Source of the DNA: the human T2T-CHM13v2.0 reference genome, Homo sapiens
Assembly: GCF_009914755.1 (NCBI RefSeq)
Contig: NC_060944.1
Length of the DNA: 64,000 nucleotides
Reading direction: 5' to 3' (one strand)
Shown one piece after another: positions 54,601 through 64,000 of the stretch. The notes below the pieces were generated by a model. That model saw only the letters and a list, made by a program, of their open reading frames with translations, was not told the origin of the DNA and searched no databases. The position numbers were made by a program, and so were the translations under genes. Position 1 is the first letter of the stretch; each line of letters opens with the position of its first letter.

Positions 54601-55162
54601 GTTAACTGTTTGAATGCATGGCTCTTTCCTCCACACCCACTACATGCCATTAGGGTATATGTCAAAGAGTGGAACACCACTCAATTTTTGGCTTTTCTCT
54701 GATTCATGAGAATTCTATCTGCATAGCTTCTAGGATAATGAGAAATGGTAAGATAAGAAGGACATCGCCGAACTCCCTTCCCTAAGCCTTACTTTCTTCA
54801 TCTGTAAAATGGGTGGGACAGGAGTGGTGCAGTAAGCTAGCCTCCCATGGACCACACACTGCAAATTAGGACACCTCCTCAGACACAGACTGGACATTCT
54901 GTTGGTCCTGGAAACCTTCAGTGTGCCTTAGCTACCCCATGGCTGAGAACAATTGTGGAATGAAATGGGCTAGAAGCAGCAAGCCAAGAGTGGAAAGCAG
55001 AAAGGAGAAAGAAGAGGGTTGAGGAGGAAGGAGGCAGGAGAGAGGAGAACAGCATGGAGAGCACAGGAGTCAGGAACTGGCCTCCAAGGCTCAGGCTGAG
55101 ACAGGAGCACCATGCTCCCTGCTGGGGACTGAAAAGCAGGCTGCTTTTATTTTCATCAGCAA

Positions 55163-55420
55163 TTTTTTTTTTGAGACAGAGTCTTGCTCTGTTGCCCAGG
55201 CTGGAGTACAGTGGTGCAATCTTGGCTCACTGCAACCTCTGCCTCCTGGGTTCAAGCAATTCTCCTGCCTCAGCCTCCTGAGTAGCTGAGACTATAGGCA
55301 CTCATCACCATGCCCAGCTAATTTTTGTATTTTTAGTAGAGACGGGGTTTCACCATGTTGGCCAGGCTGGTCACAAACTCCTGACCTCAGGTAATCCACC
55401 CGCCTTGGCCTCCCAAAATG
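55163..55420 (-). mobile_element. AluS, slightly 5'-truncated (intron 4)
   Basis: poly(T)gagacagagtc...ttggcctcccaaaatgc. Confidence 0.93.
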
Positions 55421-55682
55421 CCATTTTTGATTATATCTATTTATACAGATATAAAATTTATCTACAGTTCAGAAAAGCAATGTGGAAAGATATGCACACC
55501 AATAACGAAATTACATTTAATTGATTATAACCGAATCACATGTGTGATTCCTGAGGAGACACTTGAGACTTTCGGTGAAGTGAACTCGCTGAAGGCTGGG
55601 GCGGGGCTGGTGGGCTCCAGGCTTTGGGGCAGGAGCGCTTGCCCCTGGGTGCCCTGCCCTCGCGGCCTGCATGCCTTGTGGA

Positions 55683-56200
55683 GTCACTCATTCATTCAGC
55701 CATTGCTAGGGGCTGCTTCCTGGTGTGCAGGCATGAGATGAGTCCCAGGTGTAAGACAGCAAAGCCCTGCCACTCAGGGGCTTTTCCAGAACGAGAGGCG
55801 GGTCATAGATAAGTGAGTGCACATGACTTACACGGAGATGAGGGCTACAGAGGAAAACAAGGCAGGAGAAGCTGGAGTGAGCGGGCATGCTGCCGCGGGT
55901 GCCAGCAGGCGCTCTTCTGAGGAGGTGACATGTGGGTAAGAACCAAAAGGAAGTGAGATAGGAGGGTGGGGAGGCATCCAAGGGCGAGGCATTCCTGCAT
56001 GACGATGCTGAGCAGTGGGGACGAGGCGCCCTCCATGTCTGAGGCCGCTGGAGTAGCATCGGATAGAGGATCAGAGGCAGGCACTGAGCCTGGCAAGGAA
56101 TGAGGAAGCTGGGGCCTGGGTCAGCAGACAGTGTGGGCGGAGGGAAGATCTGCGTGGCTGGAACCAGCCCCAAGGCTCAATGCTGCAAGGGGGTGCTCAG
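55683..56200 (-). mobile_element. L2 fragment (intron 4)
   Basis: cactcattcattcagcc tail...ctgaggaggtgacatgtg. Confidence 0.6.
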
Positions 56201-59029
56201 AGTGGATGGAGGCAGCCAGGGGGAGCCCAGAGGCCCCTGGTCCCCACCCTCCGTGGGGGAGTAGCAGGGCTGGGAGAGAGAGAACCAGCTCTGGGGCAGC
56301 AGGAACCTCCCCAGGGCCAGGGTGTCCTCAACACAGGAAGGTCAAGGTCAAGGAACCATCTGGGAGGAGCCCAAACAGCTGGACTCTACAGCCTGCCCTC
56401 TAGAGCACACGATGCCAAGCAGAAACCTAAGATGGCCTTCATGGCTGTGGCAATGCCCAGGGCCACAGGTAGCCATGCCCCTCCACGAGCCTCCTCCCTC
56501 TTCCCTGTGGGGGGGTAGAAGGCAGGGTGGAGGAGAAGGAACATCCCCTCAGCTCAGGGATGTGTCAGGTGAAGCTGCTAGCTCGAGCCAGGGACATTGC
56601 TGACTCCTTGGTGTCCTGAGTCAAGGAGGATTCTGAAGCTGTGTTCAGGCTCCGTCAGAAGGAAGTCCCATGATCTATTAGCAATGTCTGTCATGAGCAC
56701 AGGAGAGGCCATGATCTATTAGCAATGTCTGTCATGAGCACAGAAGGGACAAGGAGTGGCCTGAGTGCTACTTTCCCCAACCCTGTCTTAAAGTAAAGCC
56801 ACGACATTTGGCATAACTTAGTTCAAACCCAAGGCCAAACAGACCAAGGCCGAGCACAGCTCATGAAGCTAGTTATGGTGTACGAGTGAGGCGTGGGCAC
56901 TGGCCCTGCCACCAGGGACTCCAGACCCTGCTCTGTGCTTCCAGGGCTCTTTGATCACGGCTGTCCCAGCAGAAAGTGGCCGGAGCTCCTGTGTATCCTT
57001 AGGACTTATTAGCAGGAAAACAAGGAAAGGAAACGAAGGAGGGACTCCCAGCTCCCCTGTCCGTCCAAGCCTGCCCCACCCGCCCCCAAGCAACAGAAAG
57101 TGAGCAGGAGACAGCCCTGACGCCAGCACCGGGATTCATCCACCTCCTCAACCCCCTGCTTGGGCCGCAGACAAGTCAGGACTGGTGCTTAGGCTCAGCT
57201 CCCGCCTCCACGGGTCATCTGGCAAAGGCGGCTGCTTACCAGGGAGCTGGGTCCAAACGTGGGTGGGGAGAAGGAAGTGCAGGGACCCAGTTTCTCAACC
57301 CCAAACCGCACCATCTGAAGAGCACGTGAAGCCCCGGGGGAGGGGGCTGGCGGGCAGGAAAGCGAGCTCCGCGTGGGGTAGCGTGCCGGAGCATGTGCCC
57401 CCGCCCCAGCACACACAGGGCTGCCGAGAGATTCAACTTGTGTGGCTCCACGGCAGGGCTCCAGCCCAAAACCGGGGGGACGAGCGATTCAAAGGGGCAG
57501 GCACACAGGCGTACACACTCACACTCAAGGACTCTGGCCTAAGCCTAGGGTGGGGCCCAGGCCTCGGTATTTTTATTTTATTTTTTTCTTAACTTCCAGG
57601 CAGGTTTTAGAAGAGCTGCAAACAGGGCCACGAGCCATCCGCGGGAAGGAGGCAGGTTCCCAGCAATGAATTTCTGCCACGGGAAACAGTGAGAGCCCCG
57701 TCCTGGGGGCTGTGTAAATGGAGACTTGGTGGGGCTTTGATGAGGAGGCGGTGGGGAAAATCAGAGTGAATTCTAAGCCCGCGATGCCTAGTTCCTCTCC
57801 CCCTCATTACCCAGGTGCACCCGATGGAGCTCCAAGACACGGAAGTCTCTGCCGGGATGCAGTTTGCCTACACTTCCTGCCTGGATGATCTGCCACATCC
57901 TCTAAGGAGTCTCCGGCCTCCGAGCACCCCCTCGGCACCCACCCTGTTCCTCACCTTTCTTAGAGCAGCCAGAATGATCTTATCACCTGCACCCCACACC
58001 ACAGCTTGAATCTCTGCAAAGACTTCTGAACATGCTTGGCATGAAGTTCAAACTCAAGACGTGACTCCCAAGAGAATGCCTGACCCGCCCACCCTCACTC
58101 CCCTCCCCTGCTTCAGCCCCCACAGCCTCCTCCCCACTCCCCAAAGGCGCCAGGAAACCCCACAGCACAGGCCTCTGCCCCTGCAGGTCCCACAGCCCAG
58201 AGCATCCTCTCCGGACCAGCCTGGCCTCGTGGGCACCCACTGGACCCAGAGCTCTCAGCTCGCTCGCCACGAAATGTTGTCTGCAGCCCTCGGGATGGGC
58301 TGCGTTCCCTAGGCACCACCCTGACTCTGGGTCTGTTACTATGTATGGATGTGAATGGCAACCCCCTCCTTCCTGTCCTAAATTAACACCCCCAAGGGCA
58401 GCCTTTGTGTGGGTGTTCGACATTGAATCCTAGCCTTCAAGAGTCCAGCATAAAAGAGGCTTCGAATACAAATGAAGGAATTTGGTTGGTTTTTGACTTG
58501 GGAGATCAAAGACCCCTTTGAGAAACCTGGAAAAATGGATCCACTGTCAGAAAAGAAAATATACGGAATCCCTACACACTCTGGGCCACACAGACCCACT
58601 GAGGTCCATCCGGGGGCCCCAGGACACCCGCCAGGGGTCAGGAAGCCTTGTCTTAAAAAGGCCACCAACCCCACTGACCTGCCTTCTCCCTTGAAAAGTA
58701 AAATGAACATAAATTTCAAGCTAGGCTAGGTAAGGAGGAAGAAGCTATTGGCACTAGAGGGTTAATTTGGGGGTGGGGCTGCTGCTATCCCCTCGCCAGG
58801 ACCTTTCTCAATAGCCCCTTGCTCCCCTTGGGTGCTTCCTGGGACCAACCGCAGGCCCCGGAGGTGATAAGCAGCTAATAGCTTCCCACATGGTGGCAGG
58901 GCAGGTTTGCACCTCAGACCTTTTTCTGCCTTGTGATCAACCTGGAGCCAAGAAGGCTGCAACTCCTGAGCCGGCCCCCAGATGGTTGTGTCCCAGCTCC
59001 TTAGCAGGATGAGGGAAGCACTCTGAGGA

Positions 59030-59340
59030 GGCTGGGGGCAGTAGCTCATGCCTGTAATCTCGGTACTTTGGGAGGCCAAAGTGGAAGGATAGCTTGAGCC
59101 CAAGAGCTCGACACCAGCCTAGGCAATATAGGGAGGCCCTGTCTCTACAAAAAATAGCCAGGTGTGGTGGCATCCATCTATAGTCCCAGCTACCTGGGAG
59201 GCTCAGGCAGGAGGATTGCTTGAGCCCAGGAGGTCAAGGCTACAGTAAGCCATGCTCACACCACTGCACGCCAGCCTGGGCAATGGCGTGAGACCCTGTC
59301 TCTAAAAAAAAAAAAAAGAAAAGAAAAAAGAAAAAGAAAA
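59030..59340 (+). mobile_element. AluJ (intron 4)
   Basis: gcttgagcccaggaggtcaaggctacagt; A-rich tail. Confidence 0.93.
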
Positions 59341-59359
59341 TCACTTTGCCAACAAAGAT

Positions 59360-59795
59360 GTATTCTTTCCTATCGCTGCTTTAACAAATTAACCAAGCAA
59401 ATTATCAAAACAATACAAGCGGATTATAGCTCTGTGGCTCTGAAGTCCAACACCAGTCTTAGCAGGTAAATGCAACTGGGGGCTCTAGGGGAGGATCCCT
59501 TCCTTGCCTTGTGCAGCTTCTCCAGGCCACCCACATCCCAGGGCTGGTGGCCCCACTCATCTCCACCCCTCTGTGCTCTGTGCTTACATGGCTCCAACCA
59601 CAGCTCAAAAAGGCTCTCTCCTATAAGGACTGATGGGACCACCCTGCTACACAGAGCCCGCGTATTGGAAGGCCAGCTGATTAGCACCTGTGATTCCAAG
59701 GGCAGTCGTAACTCCCCTTTGCCCTGGAGGGTGACACATTCACGGGTTCCAGAGATTAAGACACTGGCATCTTGGAGAGGCTATTGCCCTGCTCA
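59360..59795 (-). mobile_element. MLT1-type LTR (intron 4)
   Basis: gctgctttaacaaatt...ggctctaggggaggatcc...acattcacgggttccagagattaag. Confidence 0.7.
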
Positions 59796-60733
59796 TTGCA
59801 AATGGCTTCCTGAAGAGCCAGAGAAACGGCACCCCCGGGCAGCAGCTCCCCTGGCCGGCGGGATGGGATTGGGGATGGGGAGCAAACTGGGCTCCTTGGA
59901 TCTGGGAGGTGTCACCCCTCCAGTCCACTGGAAAATGGTTTGTTGTGAGGTTCATTATTTGAAGCTTTGGTTTTAGTCTGGGAGGAGTCCCGATGCATCT
60001 TCTGGCGGACTTGACACTGCATGTGCAGGGGGCATGAGCCAGGCAAGGGGTGTGGGAGGGCTGTCCACAGATGCCCACGGTGCCAGCAGGGCTGCTCCAG
60101 GCCAGCCCACCTCCAAAGCTCAAAACCAGAATGCACCTTCTGGGGATCCCAGCACCCCCAGGCCACCAGAGGCTGTCAATGTCGGTTTCCCAATCAGCCT
60201 ATGGGGAAAGGGATTGCACCCCAGCCACAGCCCCAGTGCCCGGGACAAAGCCAGGCTCCTGTGGGGGCTCCACGAATGCCTGGTGAATTGTCAGAAAGCA
60301 CCCAATGGGATTGCTGGGGACACCGAAGCTCATCCAGGCCAGGTAGATGGCCCCGGCAATGCCCAACAGGGAAGAGGGCCTGGGGCAAGGGACAACCCAG
60401 ACCCCAGGGACCCAATCCCAGGGCTGCCAGTTACCTACACTGTGCCCTTAGACAAACGACTTACCCTCTTTGAGCCTCAGTTTTCCCCTCTGTGAAGTGG
60501 GAGGCCATCTACCTCAGAGCCTCAAGAACCACACAACATGATGGGCTAAAAGCTGTCTGCTTTAGAGGACCTGCAGAGCACGACCTCCTGGAAGTCTCCT
60601 TCGCACAATGCGTTAACTTTACTTATATTTACTGTTAATGTTTGATTTGCTTGCAATAAAAATATTATCTTTAATTTTTTTAAAACCTATCGTAAATAAA
60701 CATTTCAAACAAACTGAAAAGTATCGCACATCA

Positions 60734-61052
<319 letters not shown>

Positions 61053-61524
61053 TGTGTGTGTGTGTGTATATATATAATATTTATCAAGTATTAAAGTTTG
61101 CCATGAATTTAAAATATTTTTCATTTATGAAATAAAGATACAGCAAACTCTTCTACCTCCCCATTTCTTCCTCCCCCTCCTTCCATGGGGTAAGCCCCCC
61201 AGGGGTCTTCCCATCCATGTTTCAGGGTCTTCCTTCATCTCTGTGTAGCTGCAAGTGCCGCCATTGTTCTGTTTATTTAAATATCTACATGCTTGGTGTT
61301 GTGTTATACGAATGTTTTGCTACTTGCATTTCTAAGCTAGTTTATTTTTACAGAATTAAGATGTCCTGTGTAGGGGTGGATTTGGGGGTTTTCTTCCTGC
61401 TGTATTTGTTCCAGAGCCATCTGGTGAGCACCTGAATGGATTTTGAGTCAGTCTCCTGCCGGGTCCCGCCGGGGCCCTGCTGGGTTCCTGTGGTGGGTCT
61501 GTGATCCCTCCCACCTAAGCATAC

Positions 61525-61722
61525 CTGCCACGTTGGCCATCCGCAGGGCTTCCTGGTTCTTGGGCGTCTTGGAGCGGTTCTGGCTGCGCTGTTTGCTCCC
61601 CGTGGACCGGATGCTGCGGAAGTGGACCTCCGTGGCCTTGAAGAAAGCCACCATGAAGGGCTGCTTGTTCTGGGGCCCGTGCCGCCCAATCAGGCCCGCC
61701 AACTTGGGGTTGATGCTCTGCC
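61525..61722 (-). CDS. BMP7: BMP7 exon 4 (198 nt): end of prodomain, RSIR furin site, basic N-terminus of mature ligand
   Basis: Acceptor tccag|GGCAGAGC at 61723/61722, donor GGCAG|gtatg at 61525/61524; GQSINPKLAGLIGRHGPQNKQPFMVAFFKATEVHFRSIRSTGSKQRSQNRSKTPKNQEALRMANVA. Confidence 0.99.
61607..61618 (-). other. BMP7: Proprotein convertase (furin-type) RXXR site RSIR|S
   Basis: CGC AGC ATC CGG followed by STGSKQR, the known mature BMP7 N-terminus. Confidence 0.95.
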
Positions 61723-61809
61723 CTGGACAGGAAGCAGCCAAGTGCACAGAAGAGTAGTTACAGGAGGGCCACGAGCGGGACAGGGCTGCAGAGATGCTAT
61801 GCCTCCCGG

Positions 61810-63500
61810 TTCATTCATGAACTCCTTATTCCTCCATCCAGTAAGTATTTATTGAGTACTCACTCTAGGCCAGGTACTGTTTAAGGAACTTGGAACACAA
61901 CTGCGAAAGCAGCCAAGAAAACATCCTGTTCTCTGGGTTTCCATGCAAGTGGGGAAGGCAGGCAGGAAATATAAGGGGTGGGGAACCAGGCTGAGGGGTG
62001 CGGAAGGTGGCAAGCTAGCGAACCCCATAAGTGCCACTCACATTCCATTGGCCAAAGCAGGTCGTGGTATCTGCCTAATTTCAGGGAGTTGGGGGGCAAT
62101 CTTGCTCCGTGCCAGGGAAGGTGGGAACAATTGCAAACAACCCTAATGACTATAGGGGCCATCTGAGCAGAGATCTGGGTAACAGTGAGTGAGGGGGCCC
62201 AATGGATGTTTGGGAAGAGTGCATTCCAGGCAGAGGGAACTGCAGAGGTGAATGCCCGGAGGCAGGAGCAAGGAGGGTGTGTTCAAGGGGCAGGGGCAAG
62301 TAGCAGGGACAACTGGGAGGGGCAGTAGGGGCACGAGTCAGGTCGGGTCCTATGGGCAACACGAGCACCTGCCTCAGCCCAGTGTCCTCTGTTGCTGATG
62401 TCCTCTAAAATTCACACCCACACAGAGCCTCAGGATGTGACCTCATTTGGAAGCAGGGTCTTTGCAGATGTGCTGTCGTCAGTTAAAATAAGCTCATCCT
62501 GGATTAGGATGAGCCTTAATCCAGTGACTAGTGTCCCCATAAGAAGGCCACATAAAGACACAGATGCAGACAGCCTGGGGAAGACAGAGGCCATGAAATG
62601 CCAAAGATTGCCAGGAGCCTCTGAAGCCAGAAGAGGCAAGGAGGGATTCCTCCCTAGAGCCTTTGTAAGAGGACAACCCTGTGGCACCTTGACTTTAGAC
62701 TTCTCGCCTCCAGACTGTGAGACAATAAAGCCCTATTGTTTCAAGCCACCCAGTGAGTGGGACTTCGCATCCAGGGCCCTGGTCAGGACACCAAGGCGCT
62801 CTACAAGAAGCAAGAACCACTGGGGTGGGACTTTCAGTGGTGTTTATAAGGCCACTCAGGCTGCCCCTGGAGAGCCGATGGCAGGGGTCAACCTGGAAGC
62901 AGGGAGACCAGGTGGAGGCAACAGAATGGTCCACGTGGGAGGTGACGTGAGACTGGACCCAGGGCAGTGGGGAGGGAGGCTGGTGAGAAAAGGCCAGATC
63001 CTCAAGAGTTCATTTTTAAAATCTTTAGAATTTATTTTGGTTTTAACTTTTTGTTGTGAAATGATTATAGATTCACAGGAAGTTGAAAGACGATGTACAG
63101 GGAGGTCCCAAGTGCCCTTCATCCAGTTTCCCCCAAAGGTGATGTCTCGAATAACAAGAACACAGCCTCCAAACCAGGAAGGTGGCAGATTTAGGACTGA
63201 ATTTGGGAAGGGATTATAAAAGGTGTGAGAAAAAGGGGAGTCTCATGAGACTGGCATGCTCTTGGCCCAAGCCCCTGGAAGAAGGGAGGGACTGTTTACC
63301 AAGGTAGGGAAACTGAGGCAATGGAGCATAAGCTGGGAAATAGAGGGTGGAAGACAAAATGCAGTTTCGTTTAGCAGATATTGTATGAAATCCCTACTTG
63401 ACACCAAAAGGAAGGTGTCAGGTGGGCAGCAGAGGTCTGGCCTAGGCTTGATCAATTGATCAGTTGGAAGAGATGAGCTCTGGGCTAGTGAGGGAGGGAG
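61810..63500 (-). mobile_element. L2 remnant in intron 3, interrupted by an MLT1C-like LTR (~62385-62790, +) and an L1 fragment (~63020-63180)
   Basis: aagtatttattgagtact...gcattccaggcagagggaac; gtctttgcagatgt...gagccttaatccagtgact. Confidence 0.65.
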
Positions 63501-63553
63501 TAGGGCCCAGGCAGGTTCAAAGCCCTGCCTCTGTCACTTAATGCACAGCTGGG

Positions 63554-63879
63554 GCTCAGGACACAGCTTTGCACACCCTAAGTGCTCAATAAATGCTAGC
63601 TCAGGGCAGAGCTTTGCATACCCTAAGTACTCAATAAATGCTAGCTCAGGGCAGAGCTTTGCATACCCTAAGTACTCAATAAATGCTAGCTCAGGGCAGA
63701 GCTTTGCATACCCTAAGTGCTCAATAAATGCTAGCTCAGGGCAGAGCTTTGCATACCCTAAGTGCTCAATAAATGCTAGCTCAGGGCAGAGCTTTGCATA
63801 CCCTAAGTACTCAATAAATGCTAGCTCAGGACAGAGCTTTGCATACCCTAAGTGCTCAATAAATGCTAGCTCAGGGCAG
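63554..63879 (+). repeat. 45-bp minisatellite (VNTR candidate), 7.2 copies, intron 3
   Basis: Unit gctcagggcagagctttgcataccctaagtRctcaataaatgcta, near-identical copies. Confidence 0.97.
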
Positions 63880-64000
63880 TGGTCCAGACAGTAATGTAAG
63901 CTTGGGTGTCCCCAGTGTAGAGATGGCATTTAAAGCCAGAAGACTGGATGAGCTCGCCTGGGGAAAGTGTGTACAGCCTGACAAGCAATGTGAAGGTGGC

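Noticed and set aside
56025-56041. BMP-responsive Smad element GGCGCC...GTCTG (autoregulation)
   Set aside because: Spacer is 6 nt rather than the canonical 5 and the site lies inside an L2 remnant
62392-63219. 275-aa ORF, longest in the track
   Set aside because: Non-ATG start, runs across MLT1, L2 and L1 remnants, antisense to BMP7, no recognisable domain
63534-63929. Repeat-protein ORFs (CPELAFIEHLGYAKL)n / (SSGQSFAYPKYSINA)n, or a CRISPR-like array
   Set aside because: Open frames arise because the 45-bp unit is a multiple of 3 without stops; units are contiguous with no unique spacers and the DNA is eukaryotic and intronic

Overview
Primate (almost certainly human, chr20q13.31) genomic DNA. 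The right part of the window (about 46550-64000, minus strand) holds the 3' half of BMP7 (OP-1, TGF-beta superfamily): coding exons 4-7 with exact GT-AG boundaries, the RSIR furin site, the 7-cysteine mature domain, and a ~2.2 kb 3' UTR with proximal and distal AATAAA signals and an embedded Alu. The left ~46.5 kb is gene-free downstream sequence dominated by interspersed repeats (Alu, MIR, L1/HAL1, L2, MaLR and ERV1 solo LTRs, hAT MITEs) and microsatellites. I found no second protein-coding gene, RNA gene, CRISPR array or new multi-gene system; the long ORFs in the track other than BMP7 exons are repeat artefacts. The most unusual signals are structural: a probable Alu-Alu inversion/deletion revealed by an inverted target-site duplication (~29.9-30.5 kb), a ~60 bp copy of an Alu tail plus its unique flank pasted 1.4 kb away (~37.1 kb), a patchwork duplication (~19.2 kb), a MIR-derived 45-bp VNTR carrying seven antisense AATAAA (intron 3), two identical DUX4-consensus 11-mers 3' of the gene, and a dense TF-motif cluster just past the poly(A) site. 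Repeat subfamily names are from memory of consensus sequences and old-repeat boundaries are approximate.
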